Shown here piece after piece: positions 46,201 through 55,819 of a stretch of DNA of 64,000 bases (position 1 is its first letter; each line of letters starts with the position of its first letter). The notes beneath the pieces are model-generated. The model saw nothing but the letters and a program-made list of their open reading frames with translations. It had not been told where the DNA came from and did not search any database. The stretch is taken from positions 610 through 64,609 of the IMG/VR virus record IMGVR_UViG_3300004097_003605. One strand, given 5' to 3'. Origin of the DNA: a virus. Both the position numbers and the translations under genes were made by a program.

Positions 46201-49200
46201 GGCCCCAATGTCAATTCCCATTTCGAAAGTTGTCGAGCAGGAAAGTGCATTTACTTGTCCGCATTGGAACGCTTCTTGTGTTTCCTGACCGAATCCAGAC
46301 GACAACTGAGCCGTATGCTCTTCGCAACGAAGCTCTGTCGAAGCCATCCGTACAATTCGGCTGGTAAAAATATTTTCGCCAGGGGCGTCACTTGGAAGTT
46401 TATCAACACTTTTCAACTTGCCGTTGCATCTCGGAGTGCTGCATATGTGCTCGATATTAACTGACTCGAAGCGGCCGCATTTGTCACATTTCCAGATGAC
46501 GCGTGGTCTGGCTACCATCAGCGCGGAGTCTTGAATTACTAGAGCATTCTCACCTCCAATTTCCTCACGACGAAACAACGATTCGAGCGATTCGCCGGAC
46601 AAAAGATCGGTATATATTTGCCCAAGGAATTCTCGGACCGCGCTGTCTGGCAACGTATTCTGTGTACGTCTCAACCACCATCGTTTCACGAGTTCTTCAA
46701 ACAGGGTTTCATTTGCGCCCGAATTGCGCAGTCCATGCAGAACGGCATCACCCTTTCTCTGTCGTTCTATCACCAAATAATGTTGCTTGTCATGGAACCC
46801 TGGCTGTTCGATAGTGTCTGGCACACGAACTAAATGCCGTCGACGCATAAGGTTTATGATTCGTTCAACTAGATGTAGCAACTCATTCCAAGTCAATTTT
46901 CCCGGGAGGCCGCAGCTGTCAATTTGCTCATCACCTTGCGACAGAAATTGATCGCGAACCTCGTTTAGAATCGATACATGCATCAGGCCAAGGGACTCGA
47001 TTGAGAGCCGATCGGAGCCCATCACTTCAGACATTAGGTGATAGATCACTCTATTCTTGCGCTCATTTTTTCCAGTGAGGTACGAACCCTTGAAGGGGCC
47101 GTCGGGCATGTCCGCCAATTCGCGACTCTCAAGAAAGGGAACCTTTAGCCCTCGCTCTCGAATAACATCCAAACAACGCTCCGCCCATTCGGAAATATGA
47201 ATGGCCGAGTAGTCTTTCGGAAGAGCCTGGAAAGCCACTTCACGCATCATACTTTCGCTGATCTGGTCCTGAAAAAATGAGGCCATGAATGCGGCGTTCT
47301 GCCTGCTGTCACTGAAGACCAGCATTTTCCGTCCGCCGCCAACGAGTGGATCGTCACTAGCCGTTGTGCGGTGCGGAAACGATTTGCGAAGTTCCGATTG
47401 TTGCGTGGAAGAAAGGGCAGGAAGCTGAGTGTAGAGTGCCTGTGAGAGAATGCTTACAGGCACGTCTTGTCCCGTTTGAAGACGTTCGGCAATTCGTTGA
47501 TGCCTGCTAATTCCACAGTTCGGGCAGGATCGGACATCGGTTCGATCTTCATTCGTGGGGACTATATACATCGTTCTCCATATCGGAGTACGGTTGCTTG
47601 ACTGCCCCTCCAACGCACCAGTTACTAAATCAAATCGAACTGGCTCCAATGAGTCTCCTTCAAGGTTTGCATCCTCGAAAGCCAAAAAGTTGACCGGACG
47701 AGTCCACTCCGGAGGTTGATCCAGGCTTTCCCCTCTCTGCGACACATTGTTGCAGATAAATGGGAATTGACAGCTTCTGCACCTCGCAACTTCGAACGCT
47801 TCACGATCAACCGCCTTTTGACGACGAATGTCGATCGCAGTGATGCCGAGATCTGGAACACAGTCTTTGACAGACCTGCTTTCGATTTCTTCATCAGACG
47901 CGAGAACAACAAAAAGTCCTTCAAGAGCACCGGCGAACATATGATATCGGCACGGTAGAAGCGGCTGATCGCCGGGCGCGGGACGAGCGGAATTGCAAAG
48001 TGAAACAAGTCGTTCCAGATGGTTGGAATAATCGGTATCGGATGACTGGCCTTTGTTCCAGCGATCAGCCAGCTCCTGAAATGCCTTGGGCTCGTCCTTA
48101 ATTTGATTCCAGAGCCAGCGGAATCGTGGATGTCCCTTCATCAGGTGAAACAGAAATGCCCTTCGATCATTCCCCGCGGTCTTCTTTGCATTTATCCAGG
48201 TGTCTTTCGGCGCTAAATGCTTGAATGTGTCGACGAACTTTTCGTGATTACATCCATCTATGTCGACCAGCTGATCCGCCGGAATTTCCCCAAATGCATC
48301 ATCCGCGATACCCTGAAGCTTCGTCGACGCGAATTCCCAACCGAATGTAACGTCAGTTGGTGCAAGTCGTTTCGCAAGGATGACAGATGACTCGTCAAAT
48401 GGCAGCCCGAATAAATCGCCTGCAAAGGTAGACGTCGCGTTTCGCTTGTCCTTGTCAGACATTCTGGGGCCGGTAAGTGTTGCACTCGTCGCAATGCACA
48501 CAGGTTCGCGATACTCCGTACCGACGGCCTTTTTTCCACGGTGAATTGCAGCTCGGAGCCGCTGCATCAGACGTGCCAACTCGATCCCCTGAGCACCACG
48601 ATAGCTATGGGCTTCGTCGAGAATTAGAAATCGCCATGCCGCCTCATCCACAATCTCGAAAAACGGCGACTCGTATGGACGAAGAAGCGATTGCTCAAGC
48701 ATCGCAAAGTTCGTGATCAGAATGTCCGGCGGATCCTCAACGATTTCTTCTCGGCTTAGTAACTGGTTGTCAGGCGCATTCGGCTCCTTGCGAAGTCCCT
48801 TTTCGCGTCCACCTTTCACCGTCTCACTTGTGTATCGCGCGAATGTAATCGGGATTGCGTTTTCGCCGTTACTATCGTTGTATCCAATGAGCTGAACGAG
48901 TCGACGAATCTGGTCGTTTACCAATGCATTCATTGGATAGACAATCAGAGCCCGAATTCCCTTACCGCATTGGCTTCCGTCTGGAGAACGAGTCGGCCAC
49001 CTTAGAATCCAGTCGATGGCCGGTAACAGAAAGCATTCAGTTTTTCCGCTACCAGTTCCGCTTGCAACTACAGTATTCGCCCCACCATTTGTACAAAGTC
49101 TGGTGATCGCTGACTCCTGATGTTCGTACAGCTTCCGGCTTCCTGGAATCCTTTCGCGTGCAACAACAGCTTTCGCTGTTCGAGACTTCCGTCCGATTGA

Positions 49201-49500
49201 CAGACCTCTACTAGTTCCAGATTCCCTGGACGGTTCGGGCTGGTTCTCGCGAAATAGCTCGGAAAATCTTTCGTGAAGAGTTCCATCAGAAACAAGCGTG
49301 TCTAGTGTCGAATTTCCAAGCGTAAATGGGGCCGTCGCTTCGAGAAACGGGCCATTGATGAGCCGACCTGGTGATCTAAGAATTCGACGGAATTCATCAT
49401 TTAGCTCGCGAGTACCTGCATCACCACTCAGCCCGAACGATGTAGCAAGGTAGGCCAAGTATTCGTTGCGAAGATTGTTGGCCACGTCGATAGGGTTCAT
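43255..49500 (-). CDS. DruE-like SF2 helicase + DUF1998 + C-terminal MIT_C/PLD-like domain
   Basis: SGTGSGKT, LDEAH, ATSAT, STTFEMGIDIG, QRAGRAGRR; DUF1998 YDTVPGGAG..CEC..CYGC; C-terminal IVDPH..HQ..HDR..LGHGL; likely ATG at 49500. Confidence 0.85.
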   Translation of the reverse strand: MNPIDVANNLRNEYLAYLATSFGLSGDAGTRELNDEFRRILRSPGRLINGPFLEATAPFTLGNSTLDTLVSDGTLHERFSELFRENQPEPSRESGTSRGLSIGRKSRTAKAVVARERIPGSRKLYEHQESAITRLCTNGGANTVVASGTGSGKTECFLLPAIDWILRWPTRSPDGSQCGKGIRALIVYPMNALVNDQIRRLVQLIGYNDSNGENAIPITFARYTSETVKGGREKGLRKEPNAPDNQLLSREEIVEDPPDILITNFAMLEQSLLRPYESPFFEIVDEAAWRFLILDEAHSYRGAQGIELARLMQRLRAAIHRGKKAVGTEYREPVCIATSATLTGPRMSDKDKRNATSTFAGDLFGLPFDESSVILAKRLAPTDVTFGWEFASTKLQGIADDAFGEIPADQLVDIDGCNHEKFVDTFKHLAPKDTWINAKKTAGNDRRAFLFHLMKGHPRFRWLWNQIKDEPKAFQELADRWNKGQSSDTDYSNHLERLVSLCNSARPAPGDQPLLPCRYHMFAGALEGLFVVLASDEEIESRSVKDCVPDLGITAIDIRRQKAVDREAFEVARCRSCQFPFICNNVSQRGESLDQPPEWTRPVNFLAFEDANLEGDSLEPVRFDLVTGALEGQSSNRTPIWRTMYIVPTNEDRTDVRSCPNCGISRHQRIAERLQTGQDVPVSILSQALYTQLPALSSTQQSELRKSFPHRTTASDDPLVGGGRKMLVFSDSRQNAAFMASFFQDQISESMMREVAFQALPKDYSAIHISEWAERCLDVIRERGLKVPFLESRELADMPDGPFKGSYLTGKNERKNRVIYHLMSEVMGSDRLSIESLGLMHVSILNEVRDQFLSQGDEQIDSCGLPGKLTWNELLHLVERIINLMRRRHLVRVPDTIEQPGFHDKQHYLVIERQRKGDAVLHGLRNSGANETLFEELVKRWWLRRTQNTLPDSAVREFLGQIYTDLLSGESLESLFRREEIGGENALVIQDSALMVARPRVIWKCDKCGRFESVNIEHICSTPRCNGKLKSVDKLPSDAPGENIFTSRIVRMASTELRCEEHTAQLSSGFGQETQEAFQCGQVNALSCSTTFEMGIDIGALQAVVLRNVPPSTVNYVQRAGRAGRRADSVAFVLTFCQRRPHDRVHFDDPVRIINGEVTPPVLDLNNRKILQRHCFAEVLSEYWEWLNVQKIDGELNAFERAGTVGHFFDSQIASTGQSPVDNLRNWLDEANNSDICLKRIIESFPDITRVDALDFMSLFANSDPASGNPLAIATQTTTSLLRSFRLEIDRHREEAKNFEGQARTSRDSNRKIESERNKDADRERSIVRSFEKLLKQTRGEFLISYLMGHGVLPSFAFPINVVKLHLTHQEFSAKPNERGALRLERDGKIALAEYAPGAEIVAGKRVHRSIGLRKFPALEFDGTNWFRWCNQCNSLETWRDAHSPDGIDPECKVCGNPFDPSRSAPMQWIDPKWGFVTDASEKGKEPRRRRPRRSHATRSFFLQHLGTDATQTVDQMNTIPTADDPVRVDAEYLTGRSLLVLNLGSFVRASDSNQFRNGFVICSTCGRSHFDQARNRPNKHRAPYHTRGTSCCGPIGVGPETTGEGVALGHEYETDVVTLQFHGSEHSLSETGFWLSLAYALTNGACQSLGIERSDLAATTYPSTGKQVIVLYDTVPGGAGHCQRILRDLDAVLRAARDLLASCECDPDSVGCYGCLCDYQNQFSHEQLSRGEPLQYLNRLIDAADTGRESPWRTPSKSAEREIVASLRGARGRVVFTVSELVPRRIAGLHKDWFDVIKEVAMSPVGPAGVILRISSVDAGADAVDRNIARNRLSELNELGVTVESPGNAQPDVSSIVIDGEGKQPLVVWKWPASEKLGSGLQSASCSRIGRELDAYSDVKSDLSWSVATLPESRHFHAFTLQGGTGHNPMATDYLGQILLHRVSRVLIVDPHIMSGPHQVFAVELFLRALRGSDNSNVHIQTARLQRIGKGNFGSDDEQQAEVSRLRRDLKHLNLEIALEHAFFEEHDRPLYVETIDGATKQHYKVLLGHGLYGFTSNCRKQSHGVWFEIDLNEFEDAWR

Positions 49501-49510
49501 TGCGTTCTCG

Positions 49511-52500
49511 CTATTTATAGATGAATGACCCGTCTGGTAGGCCGGCTCCACCTCGGTAGAAGATTTGTACGAGAAGCTCGGCGAGAATTAGACACTTGCG
49601 AGCTTTCGTGGGGGCCTGCTCCATGACTTTGCCAAGCTGACGGTTTAGAATTTTGATGATTGGTGCGTCAAAGTCGTCGATCCCAAACACAGGCTCAGGA
49701 CCCTCTGATGCCACAATTCGGTCCATCCAGCTGATCAGCCAGATATCTCGAATTGACTCGGAAATTCGTAAAGATTCCTGTTTGATCGCAGATCCCCAAA
49801 GCATTTGAGTGCTTGCCCCAGCCGGACGACTTACCTCTTCGTACCACTCGCCCGCAATTGGTGACATAGTTTCGGCACTGCAGAAGCTGAGGTCGATATC
49901 AGCACCCGTAAGCGATTCTTGTGGACTGACTTCGTCCCACTCATTCAACGTCTTGCGAAGATCGATCAGTTCGCTGACGCTATCTGATGCCGGCGGACTG
50001 ATTCGCAACGCCCCGTCGAACCTGCATGTAGCCAGCCCGTTGATAAGATCTCTTTCGTCGAAAATTGTCCATACGTGATTCTTATCAGACCACCGTAACG
50101 AACAGGCCTGTTTGCGGCGGGAAGCGCTTCCGTAGCAGTTCGCATTAATGATCATGTCGCCGTTGGCGTTGCTATCATTGTCAATATTCAGGAGTTGAAG
50201 CTGATGTCGGTGGCGACCATTTCTACAGATGAACTCAGTGGTTGAACCGAGGTTGAGCGGATGCAACTGCTTAAGAGGCGGCAACCCCAAAGCGGCGTGA
50301 TGAGCTTCAATGCGGCTACTTGCTTCTCGTTTGTTGTAGTACTTGGCCTTTTCGCTGGATGCTCTACTGACAAGCCACAAATCCCGGATGTAGTCAATGG
50401 GGAATGTCAATTCTGGCGATGATGCCCCAATCGGAGGTATCCAATTGGCGACCGTTACATTGAAGTCCGCAAAATGCCGACCATCCATAAGCAATTCGAC
50501 ACATTCTGCATCGCATTCCTTCTTCGTCGCGAGTTTGTTGAAGAAGGAAAGCGGGTCGAGTAACTGATGACCGCGCCTTGCTGATTGCAGCCGATTAGCG
50601 AAATTGACAAGCTCCTCATCAGCATGTGATTGCTCGCCAATCCATGCCCTGATTCTCTGCTCAAATGCAATCAGGTCATCGCTTCCCACTGGCTCTGAAA
50701 AGTTGGGATTAAACTCCGACAAGTCGCGAGCCAGCTTCCTACGAAAATCGGGCAATCCATCGCTAAGTTGAGCCAGTAGATAGGCTGAATTTGCCGCCCC
50801 GATGAGCGAAGCGGAAGTGAATGAGGACTGCTCATTATGGAAACGCCAGCACGGTGTCCTCATGCTTTTGCTGTCGACGGCAATGCGCAGGGCGGGCTTC
50901 TTTAGCGACAACCCGCGAGGCGGCAGAGTGGTGACAGCGATGGCAGTCCGACTGCCTGCAGGTAGTTCATCCAGCGTCCCAATCCATGAGATGTTTCGGT
51001 TTGAATCATCACAGCTCGCCAAAACGGTCGGACGGCTGGCCGGGTCCAGAGGATCCCATGCAACAAGAGAACAATGTTCGTTTTCAAGCTCAAGCTCAGC
51101 CGTAATTTGAAACGTGTTGTGATCGGCTTCGACATCGAGATTGACGACAATTGGTCGATCAACCTTGATGAGGGCAACGAATTCCTTGCCACAACTTTCA
51201 AACCGGATCTCATTGACTGAGTCAAGTTTCCGTACAACGCGCAGACCGGACTCAGTCTTCTGTCCGTCAAAAGTAAGGTCTCGACCAAGAATACGAATGT
51301 CACTGTCGAACGGTACTTCGATTTCAAGTAATGCCCCTGCCGCATCCCGCTTGTCGATCAGGATTACCTCGTCTGTCCAGATCGCGTCAGAGTCCTTCGC
51401 GGAGACGACTCGCCAGCGAATGCCTTGTACGGGCCAGCTGAATGAGATGGCAGGCACCCTGTCATCATCCCATTTCCATAACGCAGACAAGGCGGGCTGG
51501 ACCGTTGAATCTTTGACGGCCCAAAGGCCGTCGATGTTGGAGACGTGTTGGCCTTCCAGGACTCCACCCTGTGGCGCGAGAACTTCAACGGCAGCACTCT
51601 TCCCGTTGTCGGTGTAATGTGGCCCATCGAAGCTAAAGCCTGGAATTACTGCAAGGCGGGATACCAAGCGGCCTATCCCTTTGGCATTTCGAAGTTGAAA
51701 CACCCCTGGGCCTTCGTTTGGATCAATCGGGAACAACAAACTCTGGCTTGAATCTATACGAATTCGTGAGGGATCGCCGAGCTCATAGGCGGAGTACTCG
51801 CGTGTCAGCAATAACGTGACCGGTTGTCGGCTGTCAGAGTTAACAAGCGGCGGCTCGTCATAGACGTCAACTAGTTGTCCATCTGACGTTTCTGCAGTAA
51901 CTACAGGCTTCGGCAGTTCAACATGCGCGCCAGGACGGTAAGCCAGCTCAATTGACTCCTCTTCACCGTCGATCATCCATTTAAGAGTAGACTCGCTATG
52001 TGACCTAACAGGTACTTGAACTTCCCAGGCCGTCCAGGTTTTGTGTTTTGAAAACCAACGCCATTTCGTTTGCAGCTGACGAATCAGACCGGGACAACAC
52101 TCAGTGTCGGGAGTGCCTTCAATCAGTACGTACCAACGACCGGCTCCAAGTCCGCGGGAGTCCAGAATCGCGGCATCCTCAAGATTTCCGTTGTGCCCGT
52201 GAAACCAGATCCAGTGAGAATCGTTGTGGCGAGCAAGAAAGGACCTGTTCAAATCCGGGTCGCGACGAGACACCACCGCAACGTCCTCTATGATTGGTCC
52301 CTGCACATACGCGGTCGATTCAGACTTGCCCTTGATCCAGAACGGTTTTTCGATTCCTGATAGGCGCCAGGCGGTTGTATCGGTTGACGGCACCGACAGT
52401 ACAACGTGACCGGTTTCCGGACGAAACTTGATTTCAGGAAAACTGCGATGACGAGATCGAGAACGCAGCCCGACCGAAAGGTCGGCCAGTGCAGATCGAA

Positions 52501-53239
52501 CAAGGGACAAGTCGATACTCGGTGGAAGCAGTTCCAGCTCTAGATCTGCGTTTCCCCGTTGAACCCAGCCAACAACAACTCGACTGAAGCACGCCCATAG
52601 TTCAGCTGCTCCCAGCGATTCGCCCTCTAGGAACCTGCGGGTCTTGGCCGGGATGCCGCGAAATCCTGTCACATGGCGTTCGATGAGTTGACGCCGCATG
52701 TCCACTGGAAGGTTTGGCAATGAATGGCCATGAACGTCAAAACCTTTCGCAAGTACTCCAATGAGAGGATTAATTGCGACGTTTGGGAGACCGCAGTGGT
52801 AGACGATTGGGCCAATGTTGCTCTGACGAGTCCGTGGTATTGTGTAGTCGAATGCATCAAGAGCATGTCGCGCCCAAGACCCGAGCAAGCGTTGCTTCTG
52901 CGGGCCGCCTGGCACGCTCTTGGGGCACCGGCTGTTTGGCGCGTAGCGGGCCGTTCGAATGTGCTCAAAAAGGAATGGCCAGAATTCGCTCCACCCGTCT
53001 GTCGCATAGTCCTTTTGCGCAACGCTCAAAAACGCGTGCAGCGCTTTAGCTAAATCAAGATCTGTTGCCTTTGACTCATCCTTATCACGGTTGACAACTT
53101 CGAAAAGCAGTCGGAGACAATCATCAAGGATGAGAGGGTCATCTGGCAGGCCGGCAAGCCCAGCGATGTCAAATTCATTCTCACGAAAAGCCTGTGCAAG
53201 TTTCTCGGTGATCTTTGAGTGATTCGAAGTCACAGACAT
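49511..53239 (-). CDS. Large hypothetical protein, DruH-like partner of the helicase
   Basis: ~1240 aa, GGAGG RBS before ATG 53239, ends 10 nt before the helicase; N-terminal WSEFWPFL..IVYHCGLP. The DruH call is mainly from context. Confidence 0.6.
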   Translation of the reverse strand: MSVTSNHSKITEKLAQAFRENEFDIAGLAGLPDDPLILDDCLRLLFEVVNRDKDESKATDLDLAKALHAFLSVAQKDYATDGWSEFWPFLFEHIRTARYAPNSRCPKSVPGGPQKQRLLGSWARHALDAFDYTIPRTRQSNIGPIVYHCGLPNVAINPLIGVLAKGFDVHGHSLPNLPVDMRRQLIERHVTGFRGIPAKTRRFLEGESLGAAELWACFSRVVVGWVQRGNADLELELLPPSIDLSLVRSALADLSVGLRSRSRHRSFPEIKFRPETGHVVLSVPSTDTTAWRLSGIEKPFWIKGKSESTAYVQGPIIEDVAVVSRRDPDLNRSFLARHNDSHWIWFHGHNGNLEDAAILDSRGLGAGRWYVLIEGTPDTECCPGLIRQLQTKWRWFSKHKTWTAWEVQVPVRSHSESTLKWMIDGEEESIELAYRPGAHVELPKPVVTAETSDGQLVDVYDEPPLVNSDSRQPVTLLLTREYSAYELGDPSRIRIDSSQSLLFPIDPNEGPGVFQLRNAKGIGRLVSRLAVIPGFSFDGPHYTDNGKSAAVEVLAPQGGVLEGQHVSNIDGLWAVKDSTVQPALSALWKWDDDRVPAISFSWPVQGIRWRVVSAKDSDAIWTDEVILIDKRDAAGALLEIEVPFDSDIRILGRDLTFDGQKTESGLRVVRKLDSVNEIRFESCGKEFVALIKVDRPIVVNLDVEADHNTFQITAELELENEHCSLVAWDPLDPASRPTVLASCDDSNRNISWIGTLDELPAGSRTAIAVTTLPPRGLSLKKPALRIAVDSKSMRTPCWRFHNEQSSFTSASLIGAANSAYLLAQLSDGLPDFRRKLARDLSEFNPNFSEPVGSDDLIAFEQRIRAWIGEQSHADEELVNFANRLQSARRGHQLLDPLSFFNKLATKKECDAECVELLMDGRHFADFNVTVANWIPPIGASSPELTFPIDYIRDLWLVSRASSEKAKYYNKREASSRIEAHHAALGLPPLKQLHPLNLGSTTEFICRNGRHRHQLQLLNIDNDSNANGDMIINANCYGSASRRKQACSLRWSDKNHVWTIFDERDLINGLATCRFDGALRISPPASDSVSELIDLRKTLNEWDEVSPQESLTGADIDLSFCSAETMSPIAGEWYEEVSRPAGASTQMLWGSAIKQESLRISESIRDIWLISWMDRIVASEGPEPVFGIDDFDAPIIKILNRQLGKVMEQAPTKARKCLILAELLVQIFYRGGAGLPDGSFIYK

Positions 53240-53550
53240 CTCTCGTGCCTCCTGCCGATAGGTATTCCTCAGACGAAACAAACACGGTGTCTGTTTACGT
53301 CATGCCCCAGCCATATTGCATCAAAGATGTTCGATGCCAAGATATACACTTCGGATCAGTTTTGCTATGAAGCTGACAGATAAGGAAGAGATCAACTGTA
53401 TGCAAAACCTGCCTGCGTAAGCCGCGGAAAGACTGCCGCCAAAACCGGATTAGACTTAGCCTGCCAACCACCTGTGCTCGGTACAGCAATGCCCGATGGG
53501 CAAGGTGAGACTGAGTTGCTTGGCGCCCCGCAATCGGGGCTGGCGTAGAT

Positions 53551-53910
53551 TCATGTTGATTCCCTGAGCGGGAATTGGATTCCGTGGATTACGGTCGTGC
53601 TGACGGGGCCACATGCAAAACCATGCTCAGTGAAGGCAAACAGCACGGCGTTTTCCGGCATCGCGTTTAGGAATTCGTCTTCGCATGGCGAAGGTTCGTA
53701 CCCGTCTTCGTCCGACAGTAGCTTCAGGGTTTTCTTTGTCTCGATGCTGCTGTTTTCGTACTCGCCAACCACGTCAATCCAAGAGAACAGTAAGTGATCG
53801 CAAGGCTTGGACGTGCCCTCGCCGTTTACGCTGTAGACTTCCTTTCCGCAGACTGGGCAGCAGAACTGCGGTCCCGACCAGATGTTCTCGATTTCGATGA
53901 GCTGAGCCAT
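53551..53910 (-). CDS. Small acidic protein with Zn-binding motif
   Basis: AAGGAG RBS; CCPVCG..PCDH. Confidence 0.7.
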   Translation of the reverse strand: MAQLIEIENIWSGPQFCCPVCGKEVYSVNGEGTSKPCDHLLFSWIDVVGEYENSSIETKKTLKLLSDEDGYEPSPCEDEFLNAMPENAVLFAFTEHGFACGPVSTTVIHGIQFPLREST

Positions 53911-53966
53911 GTTCGTGTCTCCTTTGGGGGTTCTGAAAAATGTGGGTTACTGTGCTACTGTCCGAA

Positions 53967-55604
53967 TCATTCAGAGGCTGACGCGTTTGCCAGGTGCTGC
54001 TGCAATCGCTCGATCTGAGTATCTAGTCCGGATTTCAGTCGCTCGGCTTTCTTCACGATCTTCTCGCTGCTGCTTCTGACCGTCGTAGCAAATTTAATGA
54101 TGTCTCCCAGCGATTCAGCGTCTCGCAGGATGGTATTCACTGCCTGGTCCATCTCCGCAAAGTCGGCGGCAGAGCTGTCTTTCGCACGGCGGTCTGCGAC
54201 GACCATGGCGCGAGCGAGTGAGATCGCAGCCTTGAGAAATACGTCATGCTCTGGACTCTCTGCGTCCCAGACGACGATGATGTCATCTCCCCATCGATTG
54301 ATGACCTCAAGCCCCTCTGGAGCAGCATCCGGCGTGAAAACCATGACGCCTACTGTGGCTTCCCGGTTTTCTCTTGCTGTTTGAAGCTCCTTCAGCGCCT
54401 TGGAAACTCCGTAGCTCTTGTTGCCCTTTGCTTCGAAGACAATACGTCCGCCCGGAGCCGCTGACTCCGGCCCCAGCTCCTGGACATGGTCTCCCACTTT
54501 GCAGCGGGAGATCGTTCCGGCGGAGTCTGTGGTATCGACAAAGATGTCGTTCAGCCGACGGGATTCGATTTGCAGAAATTCGCCCAGCGAATCCTCGAAC
54601 TCGAGCCCATGGCGTGTGGACCGTCCTGCTTCTTCCCGCTTTGCATTGAGTGCCTCAAGTGAGGCACGCACATCCGACTGAAAATTCGTATTCGACTCAG
54701 CCATCGCGTCGATGGTTTTTCGCAGCTCATTTCTCAGTCGCGACAGGGGTGAGTCCTCACGGTCGAGACTGAGACTGTCACGAATTGATGAATGCATTTG
54801 CTCCAGCAGATTCGACATCCGGTTGATTGCTGAGTTCTCGTTGTCGCGTGAGAACTCTTTCATGATGGTGTCGTTTGCCGCTTCGACGCGTGTAACAAGT
54901 CGCGAGAGAGCGCCGTCTTCGTTGTCGAGCGAGAACTCTTGCCGAACGGCATCGACGTCTTCAGCAAGTTCCTTGCGAAGCCGTCCGTTCTCGCCAGTCA
55001 GTTCTTCAACGAGCCGCGAAAGCGCCGACTCTTTGTCGTCCAGTGAGAACTGACCTAGGATCACCTTTCGGTGTCCCTTCAGCGAGGTCTCGACTGTCTC
55101 TCCAAGCAGAGCAAGGACACCATTGCTCTGCTCCGGAGACAGCATCTTCAAGAGGGGACTGTCTGAGCCGATGTGCTGTTTCAATGTTCCAGCAAGTGTT
55201 GAACCGTCATCACCGACGTGTCGAGCCAGCAATTGTTCCAGTTCGCCGTCACGAGAAACGAGCCGGTTGATACGCTGCGGCAGCTCGCCGTCAGTGGCGT
55301 CGAAGTACTTCTGGAGTGAGTTCGACACGCCGCGAAGTGTCGTGTCCGCGTGCTCGGTCAGAGCAGACTTGACCGAGTTCATCAGCCGCTCGCCTTCGAG
55401 ACGTACAGAGTCAGCGTCAACCGTGCCAGTCGCCTGTCGCAGGGCGAGAACTCCAAGCCGGAGCGACGACAGTGCAAACAGGTCACGGGCCTCACCCTCG
55501 GGGTGCTTCATCAACTCGCAAATAATGTCAGGGTCGGCCACCGTCAGGTGCAGCTGAATCGTTCGGGCGGATTGACCATTGAGGGGGTTCTGCGTGTCGA
55601 TCAT
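53967..55604 (-). CDS. Long coiled-coil protein with C-terminal PD-(D/E)xK-like domain
   Basis: ATG 55604 with GGAG RBS; heptad-rich body; GLEFE..GDHV..IVFEAK. Confidence 0.75.
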   Translation of the reverse strand: MIDTQNPLNGQSARTIQLHLTVADPDIICELMKHPEGEARDLFALSSLRLGVLALRQATGTVDADSVRLEGERLMNSVKSALTEHADTTLRGVSNSLQKYFDATDGELPQRINRLVSRDGELEQLLARHVGDDGSTLAGTLKQHIGSDSPLLKMLSPEQSNGVLALLGETVETSLKGHRKVILGQFSLDDKESALSRLVEELTGENGRLRKELAEDVDAVRQEFSLDNEDGALSRLVTRVEAANDTIMKEFSRDNENSAINRMSNLLEQMHSSIRDSLSLDREDSPLSRLRNELRKTIDAMAESNTNFQSDVRASLEALNAKREEAGRSTRHGLEFEDSLGEFLQIESRRLNDIFVDTTDSAGTISRCKVGDHVQELGPESAAPGGRIVFEAKGNKSYGVSKALKELQTARENREATVGVMVFTPDAAPEGLEVINRWGDDIIVVWDAESPEHDVFLKAAISLARAMVVADRRAKDSSAADFAEMDQAVNTILRDAESLGDIIKFATTVRSSSEKIVKKAERLKSGLDTQIERLQQHLANASASE

Positions 55605-55654
55605 CTGAGTGCTCCAGCTGAAATGGGGTGTTAAGGGCGACGAAACCTCTCTAA

Positions 55655-55671
55655 AGCAGACGATGTGCCAA
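55655..55671 (-). promoter_or_regulatory. Sigma54 (-24/-12) promoter
   Basis: TTGGCAC-ATCGT-CTGCT on the minus strand; GG and GC are exactly 10 nt apart; 51 nt before ATG 55604; divergent from a sigma54 activator. Confidence 0.78.
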
Positions 55672-55819
55672 TGCGGAATCTTCGATGTACGGTTGAGTTG
55701 CAATTGCTGTCTGTAATTGGAGTTGTACTCTTTTTAAAAGGATTCTTTCCTGGTCAGTACTCACTCTTCTCTGTCTGGGGTACAGTTAGGTTTGTGATTT
55801 GAACAAATGGAGATATGCA

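Noticed and set aside
53524-53545. GCCCCG-CAAT-CGGGGC hairpin as an intrinsic terminator
   Set aside because: No U-tract on either strand; kept only as a caveat for operon continuity.
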